Below, piece by piece: positions 13,967 to 29,600 of a DNA stretch of 64,000 nucleotides; within the stretch, counting starts at the first letter, position 1, and the number at the start of each line of letters is the position of its first letter. Origin of the DNA: the human T2T-CHM13v2.0 reference genome, Homo sapiens. The DNA lies in assembly GCA_009914755.4 (NCBI GenBank), contig CP086569.2, positions 12,480,001 through 12,544,000 on the forward strand. The letters are read 5' to 3'. The translations under genes were made by a program, and so were the position numbers. Below the pieces are notes generated by a model. That model did not search any database, was not told the origin of the DNA, and saw only the letters and a program-made list of their open reading frames with translations.

Positions 13967-16900
13967 CCCGAGTGGAATGGACTCACATAGTACAGCCTTG
14001 AATGTAATGGATGACAATGTATTAGATTCGAAAGGACTGAAATCGAATGGAATGTAATCAAATAGAACGGAATTGAATGCATGGAATGGCATAGAAAGTA
14101 ATGCAATGGAATGGAATAGACTGGAATGGAATGGAATCGGATGGAATGTAATGAAATGTAATGGAAGGAATGCCATGGAATGGAATGGAATGGAATGCAA
14201 TGGGCCGGTGTATAATGGAGTGCAATGGAATTCAGTGGAATGTAGTCAATAGGAATGAAATAGAATGGAATTCAATATAAGGGAATGGCATCCAATGGCA
14301 AGGAATGGAGTGGACTACAATGGAAACAACATGAAAGGAATATAATATAATGGAATGGCATTGAACGAAATGGAAAGCAATGGAGTTAAAAGGTAAGATA
14401 TCGAATGGAAAAGAATTGAATGGACTCGAATGGAATATAACGGAATGGAATGGACTCGAATGGAATGTACTAGAGTTGAATGGAATCGAATGGAATGGAA
14501 AACAATGGAAAGGAAAGGAAGGGAATTGAAAGGAAAGGAATAGAATGGAATGGAATCGGATAGAACGGAATTGAATGGAATGGATACTAAAGGAATAGAA
14601 TAGAAAGGAATGGCATTGAATGGAATGGAATGGAATGGAATCAGATGGAACAGAAAGGAATGGAATAGAATCGAATGGTATGGCATTGAATGGATTGGAA
14701 TGGAAAGGAATGGAATGGACTCGAATGGAATGTACTCAAATGGAATAGAATAGAATGGAATGGAAGTAAATATAATGGACTCGAATGGAATGGATTGGAA
14801 TAAATTGGAATTGAATGTATTGGATTCGATTGGAAAGGAATGGAATGGAATGGAATGGATTCGAATGGAATGGAATCGAATGGAATGGGACGAATTGGAA
14901 TGTAATTGAATGGCGTCGAAAACAGTAGAAAGAAATGAAGTTTAATCGAATGATATCGAATGGAATTGAATGGAATGTACGCGAATGGAATGGACTGGAA
15001 TGGAATGGACTCTATGGGAATGAAGAGGAATGGAATGGACTCGAATGTCATGGAGACGATTGGAATGGAAAGGAATGCAAAGGAATGGAATGGAATGGAA
15101 TCTGATGCATCGCAATGGAATGGAATGGGGTCGAATGGAATAGAATCGAAAGGAATGGCATCCAATGGAATGGAAACGAATTGAATGGAATGGCATGGAA
15201 TGGAATGGAAAGGAATATAATGGAAAGGAATCGGATGGAACGGAATGGAATGTAATGGAGTCGAATGGAATAGAATCTAATAGAATTGCATTGATAGTAA
15301 TGGAATCGAACGGACTCGAAAGGATTGGAGCCTAACAGAAGAGAATCGAACAGAATAGCATCAAATGGAATGGAAATGAATGGAATGGAATGGAATGGAA
15401 TGGAATGGAATGGAATGGAATGGAATGGATACACATGTAATGGACTTGAATGGAATGGAATCAAATAGAATGGACGCGAATGGAATGGTCTCGAATGGAA
15501 TTTATGAAAATAGAATGGAATCGAAATTCATTGAACATTATGGAATGGAATCAAATGGAATGAAATCGAATGGAAGGAACCGGAATGGAATGTACTGGAA
15601 TAGAACGGACTCGAATGTTACGGAAAGAAAAGTAAGTGATTCGGATGTCTTTTAATTGAATGGAATGAAATCAAATGGAATGGAAAGGAATAAAATGGAA
15701 TGGAATGAAATAGAATGCAATAGAATGGAAGGGAGTGGAGTCGAGTTGAATGGAATCGAATTGAATGGAATAGAATGGAATAGAATCAAATGGAATGGAT
15801 TCGAATGCAATGGAACCGAATGGAATGGACTGGAACATAATGGAATCGAAAGGAATGGAAAGGAATTGAATGCAATGGAAAGCAATGGAATCGAATGTAA
15901 TGGAGTCGTATGTAGTGGAGTCGAATGGAATGGAATCAAATGGAAGGAAAAGAATACAATCGAATGGAATAGAATAGAATGCAACAGAATGAAACGGAGT
16001 GGAATCGAGTGGGATGGAATAGAATTGAATGGAATGGAAAGGAATGGAATCGAATGGAATGGAATCGAATGGAATGGAACCGAATGGAATGGAATGGAAC
16101 AAAATGGAATTGAACAGATTAGAATCGAATGGATCCGAATCGAATGGAATGGAATATAATGGAATGGAATGGAATGGAATGGAATGGAATGGAATGGAAT
16201 GGAATGGAATGGAATGGACCCAAAGGTAATGAACTCTAATGAAATGGACTTTAATAGAATGGATTAGAAAACAATGGGCTCGAATGGAATTTAATCAAGT
16301 CGAATTTAATGGAATGGAATGGAATGCAAAACTATGGAATAGCATCAAATGGAATGGAACAGAATAGAGTGGAATGGAATGGAATACACAGGAATAGAAC
16401 AGACTCGAATGTAATGGATTGCAATGTAAGTGATTCAAAGGGAATGGAATCAAATGGAATATAATCAAATGGAATGGAATGGAGTGCATTGGAATGGAAT
16501 AAAATGGAATGCAAACAATGGTACAGAACTCATTTGAATGTAGAGGAATGGAATCGAATGCAATGGAAAAGAATGGAATGGACACGAATGGAATGGATTG
16601 GAAACAAATGGAATGGAAAGGATTTTAATCATACAGAACAAAATAGAATGCAATGGACTCGAATGAAATGGAGTCGAAGAGAATAGTATCAAATGGAAAG
16701 GAATGGAATGCAATCGAATCGAATGGAATGTTAATGAAATTAATTGAAAGGAATAGAATGGAATGAAGTGTAACGGAAAGATATCGAATTGAATGGAATT
16801 GAATGGAATGGACACAAACGGAATGGACTGGAATGGAATGAACTCGAAAGGAATGGAATGGAGCGGAACGGACTCGAGTGCAATGGAATCGAATGGTATA

Positions 16901-17843
16901 GAATAGAATGGAATGGAATGGAAAGGAATAGAAGGGAATGGAATCGGATCCAACGGGACAGATTGGAATGGGGTAGAATTGAATAGAATCGAATGGAATG
17001 GCATCGAATGTAATGGAATGGAATGGACTCGAATGGAATGGAGTGACATGTAATGGAATCGAAAGGAATGGAATCGAATGAAATGGAATTGAATGGAATA
17101 GAAAGGAATAGAATGGAATGGAGTTTAATGGAAAGATATTAAAAGTAATGGAATGGAATTGAGTGGACACGAATGGAATGAACTGGAATGGAAAGGACTC
17201 GAATGAAATGGAGCGCATTAGAATGGACTCGAATGGAATGGATTGGAGTGGAATGGTCTCGAATGGATTGGAAACGAATGGAATGGAAAGGAGTAGAATG
17301 GAATGTAATCAAATGGAACGAAATGGAATGGAATGGATTCGACTGGAACAGAATTGAATGGAGTGGAATTGATTGGAATGGAATGCAATCGAATGGAATG
17401 AACACGAATGGAATAGAATGAAATGAAATGGCATAGAATGGAATGGAATGGAATGGAATGGAATGGAATGGAATGGAATGGAATGGAAGGGAATGGAATG
17501 GCATGGCATGGAATGTGATGGAATGGAATGAAATTGATTGGAATGGGATGGGCCCAAAAGTAAAGGACTCAAATAAAAGGGACTCAAATAGAATGAATTG
17601 GAAAGAAACGGTCTCGAATGTAATTCATTCGAATGGAATGATATTGAATGGAATGCAATAGTATGGAATGGTATCGAATAGAATGGAATAGAATGGAATG
17701 GAATGGAACGGAATGGAGTGCATTTGAACGGACTCAAATGCAATAAATTGCAATATAATTGATTCAAATGGAATGGAATCGAATAGAATGTAAACAAACG
17801 GAATGGAAGGCAATGTAATGGAAAGGAATCGAATGAAATGGAA
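13967..17843 (+). repeat. Intra-HOR duplicated segment, second copy. The canonical unit resumes at about 17844
   Basis: ORFs 14315..14686, 14641..15165 and 15656..16159 repeat the same series. At 17839-17850 the sequence returns to the canonical continuation (gaatgaaatggaataaatggaatggaatcgaaggg), equivalent to position 6381-6395. Confidence 0.75.
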
Positions 17844-19053
17844 TAAATGGAATGGAATCGAAGGGAAAGGACGCGAATATAATGGACTGCTAAGGAAAGG
17901 TCTCGAATCGAATTTATTCCAATAGACTGGAATATAATGGAATGCAATACTGTTGAATCGAATCGAATGGAATGGAATTGAATGGAATGGACAGGAATGG
18001 AATGAACTGGAAGTGAATGGACAAGAACGTAATATATTGCAATGTAATTTATTCAAATGGAATGGAATGCAATCGAATGGAATGGACTCGATTGGAATGG
18101 ACTGGAGTGGAATGGACTCAAATGGAATGGAAACGAATGTAATGGAATGGAACTGAAAGCCAACGAATCTACTGGAATAGAATCGAACCGAACAGAAAGG
18201 AACGAAATGGAATGGAGTGGAATGAACTCGAATGGAATGTATTCGAATGTAATGGACCTGAAAGGAATGGAATCCAATGGAATGGAATTGAATGGAATCA
18301 AAAGGAATAGAATGGAATAGAGTGTAATTAAATGATATCGAATGGAAGGGAATGGAATGAAATCGAATGGAATGCACTGGAATGGAATGGACTCGATCAG
18401 AACGGACTGGAGAGGCATGTACACAAATGAAATGGAAACGAATGGAATGGAATGAAATGTAATGGAAATGGAATTGAAAGGAACGGAATGGAATGGTATG
18501 GAATGGAATGGAATGGATTTTAATAGAATGGATTCAAATAAAATAGAATCGATTGGAATGGTATTGAATGGAAGGGACTTGAATGGAATGGAAAGCAATG
18601 GAAGATATTGGAATCGAATGGCATCGAATGAAATGGAATGGAACGGAATGGAACGGACCCGAATGGAATGGAATGGACTCAAATGTAATGGACTCGAAAG
18701 GAATCGACTGAAATATAATAGACTCGAAAAGAATGGCCTCGAGCGGAATTTATTTGAATAGACTGGAATCAAATGGAATACAATAGTATTGAATGGAATA
18801 GAATGGAATGGAATCGAATGGAATGTAATCAAATGGAATGGAACGGAATTCAATATAATAGAATAGAATGGAATGCATTGGAAAGGAGCAGAGTGGAATC
18901 GAGTGGAATGGAATCGAGTGGAATGGAATCAAAGGGAACGAAATCGAATTGAATGGACTTGAATGGAATTGACTCGAAAGGAATTGACTCGAAAGGAATG
19001 GACTGGAAGAAAAAGGAATCAAATGGACAGGAATGGAATGGAATGGAATGGAC

Positions 19054-22000
19054 TCGAATGGAATGGAGTCAAATGCAAATGCATCGAATGGAATGGATTC
19101 AAATGGAATGCAATTGAATGGAATAGAAAGGAAGAGAATGGAATTGAGAGTAATGGAAAGATATCGATTGGAATGAAATGGAATGGAAAGGAATTGAATG
19201 GAAAGGAATGGACTCGGAAGAAATGGATTGGAATGGAATGGTCTCCAATGGAATGGACTGGAGTGGAACGGAATCGAATGGAATGAAAAGAATGGAACGG
19301 AATGGAACGGAAAAGAATAGAATGTTATGGAATCCGATTGGACAGAATGGAATGGAATGGAGTTTCATGAAATGGAGTCGAATAGAGTGGCATCAAAAGG
19401 AATATAATGGAACAGAGTTGACTCCAAAGGAATGGACTCGAAAGGAATGGAGACGAACCAAATTGAATCCAATGGATTGGAGTCGAACAGAATGGAATGG
19501 AATGCAATGAACTCGACTGGAGTAGAGAGGAATGCAAAGGAATAGAATGGAATGTAATCAAATGGATTGCAACTGAATGGAATCAAAAATAATAGAAAGG
19601 AATGGAGTGTAAAGGGATGATATTGAATATAATGGAATGGAATGGAATTCAATGGAATGGAGTCGAAGGAATGGACAGGAATGTAATGGACTCCAATGGA
19701 ATGGAATGGATGAAAATGGATTTGAACAGATTGGAATCGAACGGAATGGAATGCAATGGAATGGAATGGACTCGAATGGAGAAGAGACAAAGGGAATGGA
19801 AACGAATTCAATGCAATTGAAAAGAATAGAATGGAATGGCGTGTAATGGTAAGATACTAAATGGAATGGAATTGAATGGAATGGAATGGAATGGAATGGA
19901 CCCAAATGTAATGCACTCGAATGGAATATACCCAAATAGAATGGAATCAAAAGGAAAGGTCTCAAATGGAATTTATTCAATACAATGGAATCGAATGGAA
20001 TGCAATAGAATGGAATGGAATCGAATGTAATGGAATCAAATAGAATGGACCAGAATGTAATGGACTGCCATAGAACGGACTGCAGTGTAATGGATTGAAT
20101 TCTGATTCATTCAAATGCAATGGAATGGAATGGAATCCAATGGAATGGATAGGATTGTACTGGATTGGAATAGAATGGAATGCAACGGAGTGGAATGGAG
20201 TTGAATGAAGTGGAATGGAATCGATTGGAATGGAAGGGAATGGAATGGACGGGAATGGAATGGACTGGAAGAGAACAGATTCGAATATAATGGATTGCAA
20301 TGTAATTGATTCAAATGGAATGGAATCGAATGGAATGTAATAAAATTGAAGGGATTGGAGTTCAATGCAATGGAAAAGAATGGAATGCAAAGGAATGGAA
20401 AGGAACGGAGTGAAATGGAGTGTAATGGAATCGAATGGAATGAAATCGAATGGAATGGACTCAAAAGAAAGGGACGAGGGACAAAACGGAATCGAACTGA
20501 TCGGAATGGAACGGAACGGAATGGAATTGAATGGTCTCCATTGGATCGGAGTAGAACGGATTGGAATGTAATGGAATGAAATGGAATGGAAAGGATTAGA
20601 ATGGAATGGAATGGAAGGTAATGGAAAGATATCGAACGGATTGGAAGGGAATGCAATGGACCCTAATGGAATGGATTGGAATTCAACAGAAACGAATGGA
20701 ATAGACTGGAGTGAAATGGAGTCGAATGTAATTGACTGGAGTGGAATGGACTCGAAAGGAATGGACCGGAATAGAATGGACTGGAATGGATTGTACTCGA
20801 AAGGAGTGGAAAGGAATAAAATGGATTCCACCAGATTGGAATGGAACAGACTGAAATGGAATGGAATGGAATGCAACGGAACGGCTCGACTGGAATGGAG
20901 TCGAATGCAATGGAATAGAAAGGAAAGGAATTGAATGGAATTGAAAGTAATAGAATTAAATGGAGTGCAAAGGAAAGATATCGAATGGAATGGATCGAAA
21001 AGAAATAGAATGGAATGGACAGGAAAGGAATGGAATAGAATGGAATAGACTGGCGTGCAACGAAAACGAATGGAATGGAAAGGAATGGAGTACAATAAAT
21101 ACAATGTAATGTAATGGAATGGAATTTAATGGAATGGAATGGAATGGAATGGAATGGAGGCGAAAGGAAAAGAATGGATTGGAATGTCAACGAATGGAAA
21201 GATATGGAATGGAAAGGAGTGGATACGAATGGAATGGAATAGAAAGGAACGGAAAGGTAAAGAATGGAATGGAATCGGATAGAATGGAATGCAATGTAAT
21301 GGAGTCGATTGGAAAATAATCGAGTAGAATGATATCGAATGGAATGGAATTTAATGGAACGGAATGGAATGGAATGGACTCGAATGGAATGTGCTCAAAT
21401 GGATTAGAATAGAATGGAATGGAATTAAACGTAATGAACTCGAATGGAATGGACACAAATAGAATGGAAGAGAAAGGAATGGTATTGAATGGAATTTATT
21501 CGAATAGAATGGAATTCAATGGAATGCAACAGTGTGGCATGGAATCTAATGGAATGGAATCGAATGGAATGGACCCGAGTGGAATGGACTCACATAGAAC
21601 AGCCTCGAATGTAATGGATGACAATGTATTAGATTCGAAAGGACTGAAATCGAATGGAATGTAATCAAATAAAACGGAATTGAATGCATGGAATGGCATA
21701 GAAAGTAATGCAATGGAATGGAATAGACTGGAATGGAATGGAATCGGATGGAATGTAATGAAATGTAATGGAAGGAATGCCATGGAATGGAACGGAATGG
21801 AATGCAATGGGCCGGTGTATAATGGAGTGCAATGGAATTCAGTGGAATGTAGTCAATAGGAATGAAATAGAATGGAATTCAATATAAGGGAATGGCATCC
21901 AATGGCAAGGAATGGAGTGGACTCCAATGGAAACAACATGAAAGGAATATAATATAATGGAATGGCATTGAACGAAATGGAATGCAATGGAGTTAAAAGG

Positions 22001-25000
22001 TAAGATATCGAATGGAAAAGAATTGAATGGACTCGAATGGAATGTAGTAGAGTTGAATGGAATGGAATGGAATGGAAAACAATGGTAAGGAAAGGAAGTT
22101 AATTGAAAGGAAAGGAATAGAATGGAATGGAATCGGATAGAAAGGAATTGAATGGAATGGAATCTAAAGGAATAGAATAGAAAGGAATGGCATTGAATGG
22201 AATGGAATGGAATGGAATCAGATGGAACAGAAAAGAATGGAATGGAATCGAATGGTATGGCATCGAATGGATTGGAATGGAATGGAATGGAATGGAAAGG
22301 AATGGAATGGACTCGAATGGAATGTACTCAAATGGAATAGAATAGAATGGAATGGAAGTAAATATAATGGGCTCGAATGGAATGGATTGGAATAAATTGG
22401 AATTGAATGTATTGGATTCGAATGGAAAGGAATGGAATGGAATGGAATGGAATGGATTCGAATGGAATGGAATCGAATGGAATGGAACGAATTGAAATGT
22501 AATTGAATGGCGTCGAAAACCGTAGAGAGAAATGAAGTTTAATCGAATGATATCGAATGGAATTGAATGGAATGTACGCGAATGGAATGGACTGGAATGG
22601 AATGGACTCTATGGGAATGAAGAGGAGTGGAATGGACTCGAATGTCATGGAGACGATTGGAATGGAAGGGAATGCAAAGGAATGGAATGGAATGGAATCT
22701 GATGCATCGCAATGGAATGGAATGGGGTCGAATGGCATAGAATCGAAAGGAATGGCATCCAATGGAATGGAAACGAATTGAATGGAATGGCATGGAATGG
22801 AATGGAAAGGAATATAATGGAAAGGAATCGGATGGAACGGAATGGAATGTAATGGAGTCAAATGGAATAGAATCTAATAGAATTGCATTGATAGGAATGG
22901 AATCGAACGGACTCGAAAGGATTGGAGCCTAACAGAAGAGAATCGAACAGAATAGCATCAAATGGAATGGAAATGAATGGAATGGAATGGAATGGAATGG
23001 AATGGAATGGAATGGAATGGACACACATGTAATGGACTTGAATGGAATGGAATCAAATAGAATGGACGCGAATGGAATGGTCTCGAATGAAATTTATGAA
23101 AATAGAATGGAATTGAAAGTCATTGAACATTATGGAATGGAATCAAATGGAATGAAATCGAATGGAAGGAACCGGAATGGAATGTACTGGAATAGAACGG
23201 ACTCGAATGTTACGGAAAGAAAAGTAAGTGATTCAGATGTCTTTTAATTGAATGGAATGAAATCAAATGGAATGGAAAGGAATAAAATGTAATAGAAAGT
23301 AATAGAATGCAATAGAATGGAAGGGAGTGGAGTCAAGTTGAATGGAATCGAATTGAATGGAATAGAATGGAATAGAATCAAATGGAATGGATTCGAATGC
23401 AATGCAACCGAATGGAATGGACTGGAACATAATGGAATCGAACGTATTGGAATCGAAAGGAATGGAAAGGAATTGAATGCAATGGAATCGAATGTAATGG
23501 AGTCGTATGTAGTGGAGTCGAATGGAATGGAATCAAATGGAAGGAAAAGAATACAATCGAATGGAATAGAATAGAATGCAACAGAATGAAACGGAGTGGA
23601 ATCGAGAGGAATGGAATAGAATTGAATGGAATGGAAAGGAATGGAATCGAATGGAATGGAATCGAATGGAATGGAACCAAATGGAATGGAATGGAACAAA
23701 ATGGAATTGAACAGATTAGAATCGAATGGATCCGAATCGAATGGTATGGAATATAATGGAATGGAATGGAATGGAATGGAATGGAATGGAATGGAATGGA
23801 ATGGAATGGAATGGACCCAAATATAATGAACTCTAATGAAATGGACTTTAATAGAATGGATTAGAAAACAATGGGCTCAAATGGAATTTAATCAAGTCGA
23901 GTTTAATGGAATGGAATGGAATGCAAAACTATGGAATAGCATCAAATGGAATGGAACAGAATAGAGTGGAATGGAATGGAATACACAGGTATAGAACAGA
24001 CTCGAATGTAATGGATTGCAATGTAAGTGATTCAAAGGGAATGGAATCAAATGGAATATAATCAAATGGAATGGAATGGAGTGCATTGGAATGGAATAAA
24101 ATGGAATGCAAACAATGGTACAGAACTCATTTGAATGTAGAGGAATGGAATCGAATGCAATGGAAAAGAATGGAATGGACACGAATGGAATGGATTGGAA
24201 ACAAATGGAATGGAAAGGATTTTAATCATACAGAACAAAATAGAATGCAATGGACTCGAATGAATTGGAGTCAAAGAGAATAGTATCAAATGGAAAGGAA
24301 TCAAATGCAATCGAATCGAATGGAATGTTAATGAAATTAATTGAAAGGAATAGAATGGAATGAAGTGTAATGGAAAGATATCGAACTGAATGGAATTGAA
24401 TGGAATGGACACAAACGGAATGGACTGGAATGGAATGAACTCGAAAGGAATGGAATGGAGCGGAACGGACTCGAGTGCAATGGAATCGAATGGTATAGAA
24501 TAGAATGGAATGGAATGGAAAGGAATAGAAGGGAATGGAATCGGATCCAACGGGACAGATTGGAATGGGGTAGAATTGAATAGAATCGAATGGAATGGCA
24601 TCGAATGTAATGGAATGGAATGGACTCGAATGGAATGGAGTGACGTGTAATGGAATCGAAAGGAATGGAATCGAATGAAATGGAATTGAATGGAATAGAA
24701 AGGAATAGAATGGAATGGAGTTTAATGGAAAGATATTAAAAGTAATGGAATGGAATTGAGTGGACACGAATGGAATGGACTGTAATGGAAAGGACTCGAA
24801 TGAAATGGAGCGCATTAGAATGGACTCGAATGGAATGGATTGGAGTGGAATGCTCTCGAATGGATTGGAAACGAATGGAATGGAAAGGAGCAGAATGGAA
24901 TGTAATCAAATGGAACGAAGTGGAATGGAATGGATTCGACTGGAACAGAATTGAATGGAGTGGAATTGATTGGAATGGAATGCAATCGAATGGAATGAAC

Positions 25001-26630
25001 ACGAATGGAATAGAATGAAATGAAATGGCATAGAATGGAATGGAATGGAATGGAATGGAATGGAATGGAATGGGATGGCATGGAATGTAGTAGAATGGAA
25101 TGAAATTGATTGGAATGGGATGGGCCCAAAAGTAAAGGACTCAAATAAAAGGGACTCAAATAGAATGAATTGGAATGAAACGGTGTGGAATGTAATTCAT
25201 TCGAATGGAATGATATTGAATGGAATGCAATAGTATGGAATGGTATCGAATAGAATGGAATAGAATGGAATGGAATGGAACGGAATGGAGTGCATTTGAA
25301 CGGACTCAAATGCAATAAATTGTAATATAATTGATTCAAATAGAATGGAATCGAATAGAATGTAAACAAACGGAATGGAAGGCAATGCAATGGAAAGGAA
25401 TCGAATGAAATGGAATAAATGGAATGGAATCGAAGGGAAAGGACGCGAATGTAATGGACTGTTAAGGAAAGGTCTCGAATCGAATTTATTCCAATAGAAT
25501 GGAATCGAATGGAATGCAATACTATTGAATCGAATGGAATAGAATGGAATGGAATGGAATGGACAGGAATGGAATGAAATGGAAGTGAATCGACAAGAAC
25601 GTAATATATTGCAATGTAATTTATTCAAATGGAATGGAATGCAATCGAATGGAATGGACTCGATTGGAATGGACTGGAGTGGAATGGACTCAAATGGAAT
25701 GGAAACGAATGTAATGGAATGGAACTGAAAGCCAAGGAATCTACTGGAATAGAATCGAACGGAACAGAAAGGAATGAAATCTAATGGAGTGGAATGGACT
25801 CGAATGGAATGTATTCAAATGTAATGGACCTGAAAGGAATGGAATCCAATGGAATGGAATTGAATGGAATCAAAAGGAATAGAATGGAATAGAGTGTAAT
25901 TGAATGATATCGAATGGAAGGGATTAGAATGAAATCGAATGGAATGCACTGGAATTGAATGGACTCAATCAGAACGGACTGGAGAGGCATGTACACAAAT
26001 GAAATGGAAACGAATGGAATGGAATGAAATGGAATGGAAATGGAACTGAAAGGAACGGAATGGAATGGCATGGAATGGAATGGAATGGAATGGATTGGAA
26101 TAGAATGGATTCAAATAAAATAGAATCGGTAGGAATGGTACTGAATGGAAGGGACTTGAATGGAATGGAAAGCAATGGAAGATAGTGGAATCGAATGGCA
26201 TCGAATGAAATGGAATGGAACGGAATGGAACGGACCCGAATGGAATGGAATGGACTCAAATGTAATGGACTCAAAAGGAATCGACTGAAATATAATAGAC
26301 TCGAAAAGAATGGCCTCGAGCGGAATTTATTTGAATAGAATGGAATCAAATGGAATACAATAGTATTGAATGGAATAGAATGGAATGGAATCGAATGGAA
26401 TGTAACCAAATGGAATGGAACGGAATTCAATATAATGGAATAGAATGGAATGCATTGGAAAGGAGCAGAGTGGAATCGAGTGGAATGGAATCGAGTGGAA
26501 TGGAATCAAAGGGAACGAAATCGAATTGAATGGACTTGAATGGAATTGAGTCGAAAGGAATTGACTCGAAAGGAATGGACTGGAAGAAAAAGGAATCAAA
26601 TGGACAGGAATGGAATGGAATGGAATGGAC
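19054..26630 (+). repeat. Array A HOR copy 3, about 7.58 kb. It is roughly 1-2% diverged from copies 1 and 2 and has several small indels
   Basis: ORF 19099..19368 differs from 46..315 at 3 of 89 residues. The region 23244-23700 carries frame-fusing indels relative to 4226-4777. Confidence 0.75.
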
Positions 26631-29600
26631 TCGAATGGAATGGAGTCAAATGCAAACGCATTGAATGGAATGGATTCAAATGGAATGCAATTGTTTGGAA
26701 TAGAAAGGAAGAGAATGGAATTGAGAGTAATGGAAAGATATGGATTGGAATGAAATGTAATGGAAAGGAATTGAATGGAAAGGAATGGACTCGGAAGAAA
26801 TGGATTGGAATGGAATGGTCTCCAATGGAATGGACTGGAGTGGAACGGAATCGAATGGAATGAAAAGAATGGAACGGAATGGAACGGAAAGGAATAGAAT
26901 GTTATGGAATCCGATTGGACAGAATGGAATGGAATGGAGTTTCATGAAATGGAGTCGAATAGAGTGGCATCAAAAGGAATGTAATGGAACGGAGTGGACT
27001 CCAAAGGAATGGACTCGAAAGGAATGGAGTCGAACCAAATTGAATCCAATGGATTGGAGTCGAACAGAATGGAATGGAATGGAATGAACTCGACTGGAGT
27101 AGAGAGGAATGTAAAGGAATAGAATGGAATGTAATCAAATGGATTGCAAGTGAATGGAATCAAAAATAATAGAAAGGAATGGAGTGTCAAGGGATGATAT
27201 TGAATATAATGGAATGGAATGGAATTCAATGGAATGGAGTCGAAGGAATGGACAGGAATGTAATGGACTCCAATGGAATGGAATGGATGAAAATGGATTT
27301 GAACAGATTGGAATCGAACAGAATGGAATGCAACGGAATGGAACGGACTCGAATGGAGAAGAGACAAAAGGAATGGAAACGAATTCAATGGAATTGAAAA
27401 GAATAGAATGGAATGGCGTGTAATGGTAAGATACTAAATGGAATGGAATTGAATGGAATGGAATGGAATGGAATGGACTCAACTGTAATGCACTCGAATG
27501 GAATATACTCAAATAGAATGGAATCGAAAGGAAAGGTATCAAATGGAATTTATTCAATACAATGGAATCGAATGGAATTCAATAGAATGGAATGAAATCG
27601 AATGTAATGGAATCAAATAGAATGGACCAGAATGGAATGGACTGCCATAGAACGGACTGCAGTGTAATGGATTGAATTCTAATTCATTCAAATGGAATGG
27701 AATGGAATGGAATGGAATGGAATGGAATGGAATGGAATGGAATCCAATGGAATGGATAGGATTGTACTGGATTGGAATAGAATGGAATGCGACGGAGTGC
27801 AATGGAGTTGAATGAAGTGGAATGGAATTGATTGGAATGGAATCAAATGGAATGGACGGAATGGAATGGACTGGAAGAGAACAGACTCGAATATAATCGA
27901 TTGCAATGTAATTGATTCAAATGGAATGGAATCGAATGGAATGTAATAAAATTGAAGGGATTGGAGTTCAATGCAATGGAAAAGAATGGAATGCAAAGGA
28001 ATGGAAAGGAACGGAGTGAAATCGAGTGTAATGGAATCGAATAGAATGAAATCGAATGGAAAGGACTCAAAAGAAATGGACGAGGGACAAAACGGAATCG
28101 AACTGATTGGAATGGAAAGGAACGGAATGGAATGGAATGGTCTCCATTGGATGGGAGTGGAACGGATTGGAATGGAATGGAATGAAATGGAAGGGAAAGG
28201 TATAGAATGGAATGGAATGGAATGGAATGGAATGGAATGGAATGGAATGGAATGGAAGGTAGTGGAAAGATATCGAACGGATTGGAAAGGAATGCAATGG
28301 ACCCTAATGGAATGGAATGGAATTCAACAGAAACGAATGGAATGGACTGGAGTGAAATGGAGTCGAATGTAATTGACTGGAGTGGAATGGACTCGAAAGG
28401 AATGGACTCGAATAGAATGGACTGGAATGGATTGTACTCGAATGGAGTGGAAAGGAATAAAATGGATTCCACCAGATTGGAATGGAACAGACTGAAATGG
28501 AATGGAATGGAATGCAATGGAACGGCTCGACTGGAATGCAGTCGAATGCAATGGAATAGAAAGGAAAGGAATTGAATGGAATTGAAAGTAATAGAATTAA
28601 ATGGAGTGCAAAGGAAAGATATCGAATGGAATGGATCGAAAAGAAATCGAATGGAATGGACAGGAATGGAATGGAATAGAATGAAATAGACTGGCGTGCA
28701 ATGAAAACGAATGGAATGGAATGGAAAGGAATGGAGTACAATAAATACTATGGAATGGAATGGAATGGGATGGAATGCAATGGAATGGAATGGAATGGAG
28801 GTGAAAGGAAAAGAATGGATTGGAATGTCACCGAATGGAAAGATATGGAATGGAAAGGAGTGGATACGAATGGAATGGAATAGAAAGGAACGGAAAGGTA
28901 AAGAATGGAATGGAATCGGATAGAATGGAATGCAATGTAATTGAGTCGAATGGAAAATAATCGAGTAGAATGATATCGAATGGAATGGAATGGAATGGAC
29001 TCGAATGGAATGGACTCAAATGGATTAGAATAGAATGGAATGGAACTAAACGTAATGAACTCGAATGGAATAGACACAAATAGAATGGAAGAGAAACGAA
29101 TGGTATTGAATGGAATTTATTCGAATAGAATGGAATTCAATGGAATGCAACAGTGTGGCATGGAATCAAATGGAATGGAATCGAATGGAATGGACCCGAG
29201 TGGAATGGACTCACATAGAACAGCCTGGAATGTAATGGATGACAATGTATTAGATTCGAAAGGACTGAAATCGAATGGAATGTAATCAAATAGAACGGAA
29301 TTGAATGCATGGAATGGCATAGAAAGTAATGCAATGGAATGGAATAGACTGGAATGGAATGGAATCGGATGGAATGTAATGAAATGTAATGGAAGGAATG
29401 CCATGGAATGGAATGGAATGGAATGCAATGGGCCGGTGTATAATGGAGTGCAATGGAATTCAGTGGAATGTAGTCAATAAGAATGAAATAGAATGGAATT
29501 CAATATAAGGGAATGGCATCCAATGGCAAGGAATGGAGTGGACTCCAATGGAATCAACATGAAAGGAATATAATATAATGGAATGGTATTTAACGAAATG

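Larger units (their letters stand above)
7626..19053 (+). repeat. Array A HOR copy 2, expanded to about 11.4 kb by an internal tandem duplication of about 3.8 kb
   Basis: Offset from copy 1 to copy 2 is 7625, but from copy 2 to copy 3 it is 11428. The sub-segment equivalent to copy-1 positions about 2536-6385 is present twice. Confidence 0.8.
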
